From NCBI GenBank assembly GCA_034530875.2, contig JAVRCJ020000013.1, forward strand, positions 32,001-96,000: a DNA stretch of 64,000 bases. The letters run 5' to 3'. The notes under the pieces are model-generated. The model did no database searches and was not told where the DNA came from. It was given only the letters and a program-made list of their open reading frames with translations. A program made the translations under genes and the position numbers. The DNA comes from Nostoc sp. DedSLP01 (GTDB taxonomy: Bacteria; Cyanobacteriota; Cyanobacteriia; Cyanobacteriales; Nostocaceae). How positions within the stretch are numbered: the stretch's first letter is position 1; each line of letters starts with the position of its first letter. Of this stretch, positions 21,843-32,899 are shown one piece after another.

Positions 21843-21999
21843 AAATTTCAATAGGGTGTGGGGTGTAGGGGAAGATTTTTTACCAAGAAAGGGGAAAAGG
21901 GGAAGGGGTAAAGGGATGAATTTTTTAACGCATGTATCTTTTCCCTTTCCCCTTTAACCGAACCGTATTGCGCACACACCCCTCAAAATTGTGGATGCG

Positions 22000-23256
22000 T
22001 CAAGCTTTTCCCGCCACAACCGATTTTTGTTCCAAAAGTTCAATTGCTGCTTGATATTGCAGATCCTCAGTTGTACCAATCTGTTCGCGGCTAATTGGTT
22101 CTTGGGAAATAACTTTATCTGGCTTAATACCGAGTTTATTAATATCCCGATGTTGAGGAGTTTCATACTTAGCAATTGTGACTGCCAAGCCCGAACCATC
22201 TGACAATTCAAACAAAGATTGAATTAAGCCCTTGCCAAAAGTGGTTTCGCCTACCAATATTGCACGTTCGTTATCTTGGAGTGCGCCAGCGAGAATCTCA
22301 CTGGCACTAGCAGTTCCTTGATTCACCAAAATCACGAGAGGATCGTTTGTTAGTGCTTGCCCAGCAGCTTCAAAACTACCTTGAATGCCTTGTCGGTTGA
22401 CAGTGTAGACAATAGTGCCGGAGTCTAACCACAAACGAGCGATTTCGATTCCGGCTTGCAATAAACCCCCGGGATTATTTCGCAAATCTAGAATGTAGGC
22501 AGCAGCGCCTTTTTTTTCTAGACTAGAAATAGCGTGTGCCAATTCTGTGGAAGCATTGGCATTAAATTGAGTGAGGCGAAGGTAGCCAATGGGCGTACCT
22601 TGCGTGGAAACACGCAAATCTGAAATCACAGGGTTAAGAGCAATGCGATCGCGTGTCAGTCTAATTTCTGTTTCTGGTTCTCCGTCTCGTTCGATGAGCA
22701 GAGTCACAAGGCTGCCACTAGGGCCCCGCATTTTCGCCGCAGCTTCATCAAGAGTCAGATTTTCAGTGGAAACACCTTCAATTTTGAGAATGCGATCGCG
22801 TGGTTTAATCCCCGCCCTATCTGCTGGCGAACCTGCGATGGGAGCCACTACTTCCAGCTTACCAGTTTCAGCATTGAGAGCAATTTGCAATCCCACTCCC
22901 GTCAGTTCCCCAGAAGTGTTTACCTGTAAGCTGCGGTACTGTTCTGGGTCTAAAAAGCGGGTAAAAGGGTCATCAAGGCTCTTGAGCATATTTTGAATAG
23001 CTGCATAAGCCGCATTGGAATCGCTAAGCGGCTTTTGGAGAACTTCTTGCCGCACTGACGCCCAGTTTTGATGATTAAACGTGTCATCCAGATAAGTACG
23101 ATTGACAATTCGCCAAACTTCTGAAACTAGCTTTTGTTGTGTCGTCAAAGCCATTGCAGGCTGGGTAAGTATACCTAACGCCAAGCAAAACGCCATTACC
23201 AGTGAAAATCCAACTCGAAAAAACTGTTTGTTCATGAACCCCATTATCAATTCCAC
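22000..23256 (-). CDS. ctpA: Carboxyl-terminal processing protease (D1 processing type)
   Basis: Signal peptide, DDPFTRFL, PDZ, DLRNNPGG, TASASEILAG, TFGKG; divergent from petB; true start may be about 23244. Confidence 0.92.
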   Translation of the reverse strand: MELIMGFMNKQFFRVGFSLVMAFCLALGILTQPAMALTTQQKLVSEVWRIVNRTYLDDTFNHQNWASVRQEVLQKPLSDSNAAYAAIQNMLKSLDDPFTRFLDPEQYRSLQVNTSGELTGVGLQIALNAETGKLEVVAPIAGSPADRAGIKPRDRILKIEGVSTENLTLDEAAAKMRGPSGSLVTLLIERDGEPETEIRLTRDRIALNPVISDLRVSTQGTPIGYLRLTQFNANASTELAHAISSLEKKGAAAYILDLRNNPGGLLQAGIEIARLWLDSGTIVYTVNRQGIQGSFEAAGQALTNDPLVILVNQGTASASEILAGALQDNERAILVGETTFGKGLIQSLFELSDGSGLAVTIAKYETPQHRDINKLGIKPDKVISQEPISREQIGTTEDLQYQAAIELLEQKSVVAGKA

Positions 23257-23760
23257 CTCAACCCAAATTGCCTAGAAATGCCCAGTTGTCCTGTTGTTGA
23301 TGAAATCTATCTCTCGATTATGTTACTTTTTTTATAGAAGTGGTGCATTGTTCTCATGAAGTTGTTTAATCAACCGAGCGAGTTCATCCCACTCAGCAAA
23401 CGATAAAATCTACTTTGTGTCCACCATTTTCTGTGTTGGCGCATAAAGGGATCGCAATACATTCCATCTTTACAGAGTGTAAAGTTTCTTAAAACTCTTA
23501 GCACGCTGAAAGCTGACAAGCAAACGAAAAAGTGCCCTTTACTAAAATCCCAAAATTGCTAATTGGGAGAGAAGTCTAAGCGGCGGCATCTAGAAAGTCC
23601 GCAAAGGGTTATGCTGCTACTCTAGCCTGTGGCATACCTTGGAACAACGCCTAAAGCCGAACTCACAAGACGCCCAAGCTTAAAACCCTTAAACTTTCGT
23701 CGCCGATTTAGAACTTCGGAATTTATCAAACGCAACCGATTCTTAGGAACTTGAGATTGT

Positions 23761-24408
23761 ATGGCCAACGTTTACGACTGGTTTGAGGAACGCCTGGAAA
23801 TCCAAGCGATCGCTGAAGATGTTACTAGCAAGTACGTCCCTCCCCACGTCAACATCTTTTACTGCCTGGGTGGAATTACCTTAACTTGCTTTCTCATCCA
23901 GTTTGCTACTGGATTTGCCATGACGTTCTACTACAAGCCAACAGTCGCTGAAGCTTTCTCCTCAGTAGAGTACATCATGAATGAAGTTAACTTCGGTTGG
24001 CTCATTCGCTCCATCCATCGCTGGTCTGCCAGCATGATGGTATTGATGATGATTTTGCACGTCTTCCGAGTTTATCTGACTGGTGGTTTCAAAAAGCCCC
24101 GGGAATTGACCTGGGTAAGTGGTGTCATCCTGGCTGTAATCACCGTTTCCTTTGGAGTTACCGGCTATTCTCTGCCTTGGGACCAAGTGGGATACTGGGC
24201 TGTGAAAATCGTTAGCGGTGTACCAGAAGCAATTCCCGTAGTTGGCGTTCTGATCTCCGACTTACTGCGTGGTGGTTCTAGCGTTGGTCAAGCAACACTG
24301 ACTCGTTACTACAGCGCACACACCTTTGTTTTGCCTTGGTTAATTGCAGTTTTCATGCTGTTCCACTTCTTGATGATCCGCAAACAAGGTATTTCCGGGC
24401 CTTTGTAA
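23761..24408 (+). CDS. petB: Cytochrome b6
   Basis: 215 aa; [33 protein letters not shown]. Confidence 0.99.
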   Translation: MANVYDWFEERLEIQAIAEDVTSKYVPPHVNIFYCLGGITLTCFLIQFATGFAMTFYYKPTVAEAFSSVEYIMNEVNFGWLIRSIHRWSASMMVLMMILHVFRVYLTGGFKKPRELTWVSGVILAVITVSFGVTGYSLPWDQVGYWAVKIVSGVPEAIPVVGVLISDLLRGGSSVGQATLTRYYSAHTFVLPWLIAVFMLFHFLMIRKQGISGPL

Positions 24409-24665
24409 TCTCAAAGATTAGCAAAAGGCAACATTTGTCAGTTTGCAGATGAATTTGTTTGTTTTAAACTTATGGAACACAAGAAAATAATTCCATATAA
24501 GTTACAAAAACAAACACTTGCATCCCAGCCAAAAGCTTTAGACGCCCTCTAAAAGGCTGATTGTAGTATAGACATAACGCTGCTTGCCAGATGCTAGGGT
24601 CGCCTAGTAGCTGATGGCTTTGACAAATGCTTTAATCCAACTTAAGCAAGAGAGCACATTTAAAA

Positions 24666-25148
24666 ATGGCAACACAGAAAAAACCCGATCTGAGCGATCC
24701 CAAACTCAGAGCCAAACTGGCTAAAGGTATGGGTCACAATTACTATGGTGAACCAGCTTGGCCTAATGACTTACTTTACGTGTTTCCCATCGTAATTATG
24801 GGTTCCTTCGCTGCGATCGTAGCTTTAGCCGTGCTAGATCCCGCGATGACAGGCGAACCAGCAAATCCTTTCGCAACACCATTGGAAATTTTGCCAGAGT
24901 GGTACTTGTATCCAGTGTTCCAAATTTTGCGATCGCTTCCTAACAAACTTTTGGGAGTGTTAGCAATGGCTTCCGTACCCTTGGGACTAATCCTCGTTCC
25001 TTTTATTGAGAACGTTAATAAGTTCCAAAACCCCTTCCGCCGTCCAGTTGCAACCACAGTATTCCTCTTTGGTACCCTTGTTACCATTTGGCTGGGTATT
25101 GGTGCTGCATTGCCATTGGATAAATCTTTGACCTTGGGACTATTCTAA
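24666..25148 (+). CDS. petD: Cytochrome b6f subunit IV
   Basis: [20 protein letters not shown]. Confidence 0.99.
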   Translation: MATQKKPDLSDPKLRAKLAKGMGHNYYGEPAWPNDLLYVFPIVIMGSFAAIVALAVLDPAMTGEPANPFATPLEILPEWYLYPVFQILRSLPNKLLGVLAMASVPLGLILVPFIENVNKFQNPFRRPVATTVFLFGTLVTIWLGIGAALPLDKSLTLGLF

Positions 25149-25169
25149 ATTAGTCGCCAGAAAGTGTTT

Positions 25170-25235
25170 TGACGCCTGTGAGTTTTAAAAGCATTTGCAA
25201 ATGTGCTTTTAAAAAAATTAACAGGCGTCAATTTT
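25170..25235 (+). terminator. Long hairpin after petD
   Basis: TGACGCCTG...TTTTAAAAGCA...TGCTTTTAAAA...CAGGCGTCA. Confidence 0.6.
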
Positions 25236-25359
25236 AATAATCCAGCTTGGATCTTGGATTTGAAATTTTGGATCGACAAGGCTCAAAATTGCGCATCCAC
25301 CAGTCAATCAATTTTGGATTTGAGATTGAAACAGACGACTCTGGATAGCGCTTTGATAG

Positions 25360-25460
25360 CGCAGCGTAAAGCATTCTCTAAGAGAGGCTTTGCCAACGGC
25401 ATGGCTTCTCTACGAGATGCTGCGCGTAGCTTGCTTCCCCGTAGGGGTACGCGTAGAGCA
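25360..25460. repeat. Nested SDR-like repeat cluster
   Basis: Inverted near-copy of 7482-7525, plus a motif (GGCTTTGCCAACG) shared with 41707-41720. Confidence 0.7.
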
Positions 25461-25838
25461 AATTATCGAGCGTCATATTTTTAATTTAGATAGAACGGAT
25501 TTGTTTCGCCCACTAGGGGGAACCACTGCGGTGGATGAATTAAGAGGTATGAAGCAATTACCATAGAAGCGTGTAGCTTGCTTCGATCGAAGAGTAGCGA
25601 AATAATTTATAATCTAAAATCTCAAATCTCAAATTGCTACGGTCAACAAATACAAACATTTTTCACTTACTTAACGTAAGTTGCTAATTACAACCCTCGA
25701 ATGCCAAAATTGTTCATGTTTTGTATTTTGTTACGCAGAATATGTCAATTTAGATTTCTAGATGTCAGAAAAATTTTGCAAAAAGTGCAAAATTTAATGG
25801 CTAGCAACTTGGGTTTACTTTTATTCAAGTCACAGTTA

Positions 25839-26282
25839 ATGCTTACCATAGTGCAGCAAGACCATCTTACGGTTAAGAGCGAACTCACACTCTTCAACCA
25901 GGTGCTAGAATGGTTTGAGCAATTTTTTCTGCAACATTTGTCTCAACTTGGCTGGTCAAGAACTCAACTCGAAAGCCTCAATTTAGCATTAGTAGAGGGT
26001 TTTACCAACGCTGTTCGTCACGCTCACCGTGCATTACCACCAGAAACAACTATTGACATTGATGTTTATCTGTGGTCTGACCGACTAGAAATCAGAATTT
26101 GGGATTATGGAAAACCTTTCAATCCTGATGGGATTCCAGAGCCAAAGCCAGACGCTCCACAAGAAGGGGGGTATGGATGGGCTATCATCAGGCGTTCGGC
26201 TGACCGTGTTGTTTACGAACGTAGTGCAGATGGTAGAAATTGTCTGCTCATCGTCAAATATTCTACAGAAGCACAAAAGTGA
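25839..26282 (+). CDS. RsbW-like anti-sigma factor / HATPase_c_2 protein
   Basis: LALVEGFTNAVRHAH, IWDYGKPFNP, EGGYGW; start taken at MLTIVQ. Confidence 0.88.
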   Translation: MLTIVQQDHLTVKSELTLFNQVLEWFEQFFLQHLSQLGWSRTQLESLNLALVEGFTNAVRHAHRALPPETTIDIDVYLWSDRLEIRIWDYGKPFNPDGIPEPKPDAPQEGGYGWAIIRRSADRVVYERSADGRNCLLIVKYSTEAQK

Positions 26283-26658
26283 AGGGACACAACAGTGGGT
26301 CAACCTTCTAAGACAGATTTTGGCTAATGTTGAGCCATCCAATGCCAAATATGAACTTTGAGTAGGAGAAATGTCTGCTCTAAATATAAAGTTATTTGAT
26401 TGATAAAAGTATACTGTTTTTCCCAGATATGTAAATCAGAGTAATATGTTTTTTCAGTGAAATTGCTTAACTATATATAATTTTTTAGTGAAAACTCAAA
26501 AAGTCTTCTTGTATAAAAAGAATTAGTGAATACAGTAAAGATAGCATTCGAGTTATAGAAGCTCCTTTGTTAACATTTGTCAGCAGTGTTGAGAGTCTAA
26601 TGTTTGTTCTCCAACAAGTGCGATTTAGTGCCTAAAGAGATAGAGGACATACGGGACT

Positions 26659-27648
26659 ATGACTAAGACAGCCCTAATTACAGGAATCACCGGTCAAGAT
26701 GGCTACTATCTCAGCCATTTGCTACTCAACCGGGGTTACCGAGTTGTAGGGTTGATACCCCCACACCGACAACCTAATTTAACAAAATTGGGAACGCTGG
26801 CAAATCAGGTAGAAATATTTACCGTGGACTTGAGGGATAGTACTGCACTGTTAACTGCTGTTGAACAACTGCGTCCCCAAGAGATTTATAATTTAGCAGC
26901 TCCAAGTTTTGTACCTGATTCCTGGAACGACCCTTTGGGAACTTTAGATTTGATAACTGGTACAGCTACCAGGCTCTTAGAAGCTGTACGACACGTTGGT
27001 TTGTCTACTAGATTTTATCAAGCCAGCAGTTCAGAGATGTTTGGCGATGTATTCTCTTCGCCTCAAGATGAGGAAACTCCTTTTCGCCCGAAAAATCCTT
27101 ATGCTGCCGCTAAGATGCACGCCCACTGGACAATGGTGCATCACAGACAGCGTTATGGACTATTCGCCTGTAGCGGAATTTTATACAATCATGAATCTCC
27201 TCTACGCGCACCTCAGTTTGTCACGCGCAAAGTTTCTTTAGCAGTTGCATCGATTAAATTGGGTTTAACTCACACCTTAGAAATGGGTAACCTAGATGCC
27301 AAGCGCGATTGGGGTTTTGCGGGAGATTATGTAGAAGCTATGTGGCGGATGTTGCAAGTTGATGAACCAGAAGAATACGTGATTGGTACGGGTAAGCTAC
27401 ACAGTGTAAGAGATTTAGTCTCCACAGCCTTCGAGTGTGTGGGATTGAATTGGACGAATCATGTAATTATAAATACTAATTTATTACGGCAAGACGAGCA
27501 TTTTCAATTAGTTGCCAATCCCAGTAAAGCTAAAAGAAACCTGGGTTGGGAACCGCAAGTTAGCTTCGAGGAACTTTTAGAAAAAATGGTAAAAACAGAT
27601 TTAGAGCAGTTACAAAGCGGTGCAATCGCCCCCTTGCCACTAGTGTAA
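26659..27648 (+). CDS. gmd: GDP-mannose 4,6-dehydratase family protein
   Basis: ALITGITGQDG, FYQASSSEMFG, PYAAAK, LYNHESP, GNLDAKRDWG. Confidence 0.9.
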   Translation: MTKTALITGITGQDGYYLSHLLLNRGYRVVGLIPPHRQPNLTKLGTLANQVEIFTVDLRDSTALLTAVEQLRPQEIYNLAAPSFVPDSWNDPLGTLDLITGTATRLLEAVRHVGLSTRFYQASSSEMFGDVFSSPQDEETPFRPKNPYAAAKMHAHWTMVHHRQRYGLFACSGILYNHESPLRAPQFVTRKVSLAVASIKLGLTHTLEMGNLDAKRDWGFAGDYVEAMWRMLQVDEPEEYVIGTGKLHSVRDLVSTAFECVGLNWTNHVIINTNLLRQDEHFQLVANPSKAKRNLGWEPQVSFEELLEKMVKTDLEQLQSGAIAPLPLV

Positions 27649-27657
27649 ATAACCAAC

Positions 27658-28845
27658 ATGCTCAAAACTACAGCAACAGAAAACCTCAAATTAGGTAATA
27701 AAGTTAACAATAAAACTAGCCATATCTTTGTATTCTTGGAAATTTTTGCCCAGGAAGGGGGCATTCAATCATATATAAAAGATATTTTTCGAGCTTATGG
27801 AAAATTGAATCAAGGCTACAAAGCAGAAGTGTTTTTACTGCGAGATAGCCCTAACTGCTTGAATTCTTTTGAAGGCGAAAATTTAAAATTTCATTACTTT
27901 AAAGATCGCTCTCCCCAGATAGGGAGGGTTAAAATGGCAGCAGCCTTACTTAAGTGTTTATTGCAAAACCGCCCGCAACAAGTTTTCTGCGGTCACATTA
28001 ACTTAGCAATATTAATCCAAACTCTTTGCCAGCCATTGGGGATTCCCTACACGGTGCTAACTTACGGCAAAGAAGTCTGGGAACCGCTAAAAAATCAAGA
28101 ACGTCGCGCCCTAGCATCAGCAGCCGCAATTTGGACAATTAGTCGCTACAGCCGCGATCGCGCTTGTCTTGCCAATGGTCTAGATCCCAAAATGATACAG
28201 ATGATGCCTTGTGCCATTGATGGGGATAAATTCACGCCTGGCGCTAAACAGCCACAATTAGTCGAAAAGTATGGCTTAGCTGGTGCTAAGGTGTTAATGA
28301 CAGTGGCAAGGCTGTGGTCGGGGGATATTTACAAAGGTGTAGATGTCACGATTCGGGCATTACCACAAATCGCACAAGCTTTTCCAGAAGTAAAATATTT
28401 AGTAATTGGTCGCGGTGACGACCAACCGCGATTAGCCCAGCTTGCCAAAGATTTGGGTGTAAGCGATCGCGTCGTCTTTGCTGGTTTCGTTGCCACAGAA
28501 GAATTAATGGAACATTATCGCCTTGCTGATGCCTATATTATGCCTTCTCAAGAAGGCTTCGGCATCGTTTACCTAGAGGCAATGGCTTGTCAAGTACCTG
28601 TATTATCTGGTGATGACGATGGCTCTGCTGACCCCTTGCAAGATGGTAAGCTAGGATGGCGAGTACCACATCGCAACCCTGATGCTGTAGCAGCAGCTTG
28701 TATAGAAATGTTGCAAGGTAACGACCAGCGGTGTAACGGACAGTGGTTGCGAGAACAAGCGATCGCTTTGTTTGGCTTAGATGCCTTCCAGTCAAAGTTG
28801 CAACACCTGCTTCTATCCTCAGCTGTCAGCCCTCATCAAAAATGA
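27658..28845 (+). CDS. Glycosyltransferase family 4
   Basis: TVARL...YKG, EGFGIVYLEAMAC. Confidence 0.9.
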   Translation: MLKTTATENLKLGNKVNNKTSHIFVFLEIFAQEGGIQSYIKDIFRAYGKLNQGYKAEVFLLRDSPNCLNSFEGENLKFHYFKDRSPQIGRVKMAAALLKCLLQNRPQQVFCGHINLAILIQTLCQPLGIPYTVLTYGKEVWEPLKNQERRALASAAAIWTISRYSRDRACLANGLDPKMIQMMPCAIDGDKFTPGAKQPQLVEKYGLAGAKVLMTVARLWSGDIYKGVDVTIRALPQIAQAFPEVKYLVIGRGDDQPRLAQLAKDLGVSDRVVFAGFVATEELMEHYRLADAYIMPSQEGFGIVYLEAMACQVPVLSGDDDGSADPLQDGKLGWRVPHRNPDAVAAACIEMLQGNDQRCNGQWLREQAIALFGLDAFQSKLQHLLLSSAVSPHQK

Positions 28846-28889
28846 CCAAAATCGCTATCCTAGAGTGAGAGCAGGACGACATTTAAAAA

Positions 28890-29261
28890 ATGAGCCTTAA
28901 GTCATTTCAGTTGAATCTTTTAAATCTCCGCCCTTGGCTCACTGTGTTAGCGGTTTTTTGGTTGCTAGCATCTTTGGGCTTGGGTTGGTTAGTTAATTCG
29001 TTGCTAATTCTTTTTGGGTTGCTATTGATAGCACCCCTTGTCGCTTTCTTTGGTTTTCGTTGGTGGCTGCAACGCAACTTAGTTGCTGACCAGTGTCCCG
29101 TCTGTGGATATGAATTTACAGGTTTAAATAACAGCCAGGTGCAATGTCCTAACTGTGGTGAGTCGTTGTTAGTACAAAATAGTCATTTTCAACGCTTCGC
29201 ACCAGCAGGTACTATCGATGTCAAAGCAATTGAAGTACCAACCAAATCATTGGAAGATTAG
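28890..29261 (+). CDS. Conserved membrane protein with zinc ribbon
   Basis: Two TM helices, CPVC...CPNC, GTIDV. Confidence 0.8.
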   Translation: MSLKSFQLNLLNLRPWLTVLAVFWLLASLGLGWLVNSLLILFGLLLIAPLVAFFGFRWWLQRNLVADQCPVCGYEFTGLNNSQVQCPNCGESLLVQNSHFQRFAPAGTIDVKAIEVPTKSLED

Positions 29262-29318
29262 TCATTAGTCATTGGTCATTGGTCATGACTAACTGACAAA
29301 TGACAAATGGCTAAAAGA

Positions 29319-29750
29319 CTATTTCTTTTGTTGGGAGATTGAGAGAACGTAGTTATATTGTTGCCCAGAAAGTTCGCCTACAGACAGCGAGTATTTTCCT
29401 GCTTGCCAGTAACCAGAAAGTTCTGGCTTGTCTCCAGAGTAATTATCTGGTTGGACGCAAAACTTTCCTCCAGGCCCGTCAATTAGCAGGGTTGGCTTTC
29501 CTTGGCTTTCTACTGTTAATCGTAAGTAAGGCAGTGATTCTGTAACCTCGATAATTTGATTGGGTGCAGTGCTAATATTGCCACAGTTGCTTTTGACAGA
29601 ACCACCAGATTGTCCGTTCAAAACTAGTGGATCTGGCTGGAAATTCCGATTAATTTTAATCTGTGGTGTATTTGCTAAATTGGCTTCATTCAGAACCAAA
29701 GCGATCGCCAAAGCTGTCGGAACAATTGTCAATAGACTAAACGTCTTCAT
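29319..29750 (-). CDS. Secreted hypothetical protein (beta-rich, PPC-like)
   Basis: Signal-peptide-like N-terminus, Cys pair, PTLLIDGPGG. Confidence 0.7.
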   Translation of the reverse strand: MKTFSLLTIVPTALAIALVLNEANLANTPQIKINRNFQPDPLVLNGQSGGSVKSNCGNISTAPNQIIEVTESLPYLRLTVESQGKPTLLIDGPGGKFCVQPDNYSGDKPELSGYWQAGKYSLSVGELSGQQYNYVLSISQQKK

Positions 29751-30187
29751 TTTGATTAATGCTCCAGATTTTTCTAGAGCAGTATAGTTGTATATACTCT
29801 GACTCAATATGACGACAGCTATTTGTACTTTGTTCCAAAAGCTGCCGTATACTTTAATACCATTACAAGATGATTATTTGAGAAATTTGAGATCGGTTTG
29901 AGCTTGCAATACATGTTTGATAACTTGATTTAAGGAATCACTGTTAATATGGTGAATTTAATAGTTCATCTTTGATAATCTTTTTACTGGGTATAATTTT
30001 TACATTTAATTCAGTCTTAATACTAGTTAAAAATGTAAGTTGGAAGATAACAACAAAAAAACATAATTTTTCGCTGCCAAGAAAGGTCTTGCACGCACAT
30101 ACATTAGCTAAAATCACTAACACAACCACCAAAAAATTGGATTGGTATGTTGTTGAACACGTGTCCTAGCTGAGGTATAAAAAATTC

Positions 30188-30532
30188 ATGAATCCTCAAA
30201 GAGAAGAAGACTTGCAGCGTCGCCTAGACAAGCTAGAGGCAGAGATTAATTCTGTACCGGAAGTGGTTCCGCAATCGCCACAACAAAAACAGACATCCGA
30301 ATTTACTTTTGCTAACTTAAACTTGCAACTTGAGCGATTTCGGATCTGGTTTGGCAGTTTATCAGGGACAAAGAAGCTAGTAGTTGGCGGTGGAGTAGCC
30401 TTATTAGGTTTGGCGATCGTGCAAGCAGTGTTTAAACTTGTTGCATCTGCGATCGCTCTGGCACTTTTAGGAGTGTTAGTGTATCTTGGATACAAATTTT
30501 TTGTGTCTAGTAGCTTTCAACGTAAGCAATAG
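30188..30532 (+). CDS. Hypothetical membrane protein
   Basis: N-terminal coiled coil and two C-terminal TM helices. Confidence 0.75.
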   Translation: MNPQREEDLQRRLDKLEAEINSVPEVVPQSPQQKQTSEFTFANLNLQLERFRIWFGSLSGTKKLVVGGGVALLGLAIVQAVFKLVASAIALALLGVLVYLGYKFFVSSSFQRKQ

Positions 30533-30588
30533 TCTATTTGAATTGTGCCAATTAAAGGCGTAGAAATAATGTCAAAGGGAATTATACG

Positions 30589-32748
30589 ATGACGACACCA
30601 ATTGTGAGGAGAAGTAATCAATCTGGTCATTCAAAAGAACCAGAAAGAGCCAATTCGCTGCTGCTAGCAAGCAGACGCTTTGCTGCTTGGGCAGCAGAAA
30701 TCACACTGGTGGTTACCAGTGGATTGATTCCTTTTGGCATTGGTGTCTATGCCAATTCTAGAAGCGATCTCAATCGAGTGCCGCTTAATCATGTACTGGT
30801 GACAACAGAAAGAGCGATCGCCAGGCCATTGGCTTTGCCTGTTAGCTACGGCATTCGTAACGTAGCATGGCCGACTAATTTTTTGTGGGCGATCGCGCTG
30901 ATAGCGCCTGTAACTCTTTCATGGTGGCAATTGTACTTACTGGGTAAGACTGGTAGCACAATTCCCAAACGTTGGTTAGGAGTGCGGGTTGTCAACGAAC
31001 AAGGAACCTCCCCTGGTTTGGGAGCAGTTGTCATTAGAGAAGGAGTTGGTCGTTGGGGCGTACCCATTTCCATTGCTTATTTGCTGTGGCGCTACAGCTT
31101 TGCTTTTCCTAATTTAGGATTATTCACATTTCTGGCTGTGTTAATGGTGCTGGGTGAAGGGATAGCTTTACCGTTCCGTCAAGGGGGACGTCGCGCCTTT
31201 CACGATAAACTTGCAGGGACTTACAGTATAGATGCTACTCGCCCCTTACCATCTTCACTGTTTCCTAACAAACAAGTCCAGGCTGCTAACGATAGCGATG
31301 TCACAGAGGAATCGCAGCAGCCAAATGCAGAATTAGCAGCAGCGCCAGCAACTAAGACACCTCGTCTATGGCGGCGGATACAGCAAAACCCGAATCTGGC
31401 TTTGTTTGGAGTAGGGCTGACAAGCATGACTGCTGTGTTGGCAACTTTAATAGGTACTCAAGTTTATATCCAAATTCAACAATCTCAGCGAACAACTAAG
31501 CAAATTAACGGCCAACAGTTTCTCGAAATTGTCAAACAATTGAGTCCTGATTCTGGCGCTACCAATGAGCAGCGGCAAAGCGCAATTTTAGCGTTGGGCG
31601 GTCTCAAAGACCAACAGTCGATTCAATTTCTTGCGGATCTCTTGGTGAAAGAAACCAACCCCAGCCTTTTGGATACGATTCAACAAGCTTTGACAAGTGT
31701 TGGGCCCGCAGCAATCCCCGAATTAAAAAATAAGAATCAGTTTCTGGTAAGCGAACTAGAATCATTAAGTAGTAGTGCAACCCCAGAACGCGAAGTACGA
31801 CAAGGGCGGCTACAAAAAAACCAGCAAACAATCAATAAAATTCTTTCTGTTTTCACTGGAAAAGTTGAAGGTGTTGACCTGAGTCGCATCCAATTAGGTC
31901 AAAACGGTACTCCAGGCAGTTCTTTATTCACTTTGTCGCTAGATGGTATCGATTTGTCAGGAGTGAAATTAAAATCTGCAAATCTCAACCAAGCTAGTTT
32001 TAAAGGCGCACGCTTTCGGGGTATGGGTGAGGATGGACGCTGGGATACATTCGACGATGTGATGGCTGATTTAAGCCAAGCTCAGTTGCAGCAAGCCAAT
32101 CTCACTGATGCCAACCTCAGCCGAGTTATGATGAACCGTACTGATTTGAGCCGCGCTACCCTCAACAGAGCTAATTTATCTAGCGCCCGTTTGTATGAGG
32201 CTAAGCTCAACAGCACCCAATTAGTGGGCGCCGATTTGCGAAACGCAGTCTTGGAACAAGCCAGTTTAACTGGAGCCGATTTAGGTGACGCTAAGTTGAC
32301 TGAAGCCAATCTCTACGCTGCACGTTTAGGTCGCGTCAGTGCTATTGGAACGCAATTATCCTTTGCCAATTTAACTAACACCGATTGGGAAGGGGCAGAT
32401 TTATCAGGAGCGTATTTAGATCGGACTAATCTTAGCAATGCAAATCTGAGTGCAACTCGTCTGACTGGTGCTGTTTTGCGTTCTGCTCAGATGGAAAACG
32501 TTAACTTGGAAAATGCCGACCTCAGTCTTGCAGATTTACGAGGGGCGAATGTAGCAGGAGCAAACTTTAAAGGCACAATTCTCGCTCCAAGCAAACAAGA
32601 TCCAGCGGATCAATTTGTTCAAACTCCAGATCTCGGCTCAGTATCGGCCGTAGTTCAAGGCGTTGATTTTTCTCAAGCCAAAAATTTAGACTCCAAACAA
32701 CTAGCGTATATTTGTACACAAGGAGGCATTCATCCCCGTTGCCCGTAG
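30589..32748 (+). CDS. hglK: RDD-domain/pentapeptide-repeat protein, probable heterocyst glycolipid-directing protein HglK
   Basis: RDD membrane region (RRFAAW...HDKLAGT), HEAT segment, long A(D/N)LxX pentapeptide array; 719 aa. Confidence 0.78.
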   Translation: MTTPIVRRSNQSGHSKEPERANSLLLASRRFAAWAAEITLVVTSGLIPFGIGVYANSRSDLNRVPLNHVLVTTERAIARPLALPVSYGIRNVAWPTNFLWAIALIAPVTLSWWQLYLLGKTGSTIPKRWLGVRVVNEQGTSPGLGAVVIREGVGRWGVPISIAYLLWRYSFAFPNLGLFTFLAVLMVLGEGIALPFRQGGRRAFHDKLAGTYSIDATRPLPSSLFPNKQVQAANDSDVTEESQQPNAELAAAPATKTPRLWRRIQQNPNLALFGVGLTSMTAVLATLIGTQVYIQIQQSQRTTKQINGQQFLEIVKQLSPDSGATNEQRQSAILALGGLKDQQSIQFLADLLVKETNPSLLDTIQQALTSVGPAAIPELKNKNQFLVSELESLSSSATPEREVRQGRLQKNQQTINKILSVFTGKVEGVDLSRIQLGQNGTPGSSLFTLSLDGIDLSGVKLKSANLNQASFKGARFRGMGEDGRWDTFDDVMADLSQAQLQQANLTDANLSRVMMNRTDLSRATLNRANLSSARLYEAKLNSTQLVGADLRNAVLEQASLTGADLGDAKLTEANLYAARLGRVSAIGTQLSFANLTNTDWEGADLSGAYLDRTNLSNANLSATRLTGAVLRSAQMENVNLENADLSLADLRGANVAGANFKGTILAPSKQDPADQFVQTPDLGSVSAVVQGVDFSQAKNLDSKQLAYICTQGGIHPRCP

Positions 32749-32899
32749 AATGGGATGAGGGAGACAAGGAAGGGGACAGGGAGAATAATTCCTAACTCAA
32801 CACTCAGCGAAGCGATCGGCACTCACTACTCATCACTCCCAATGCCCCATACCCTATGCCCTATGACAAATACAAAAAAATGGTGTGAGGAATTGGGTC

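Noticed and set aside
24453..24515. Hairpin between petB and petD as a possible ncRNA
   Set aside because: AT-rich imperfect stem, most simply an mRNA stability or termination element; no family features recognised
25203..25484. 93-aa ORF after petD
   Set aside because: Composed of a terminator, heptamer repeats and SDR elements
29944..30169. Two short overlapping ORFs
   Set aside because: AT-rich divergent promoter region; no motifs or RBS
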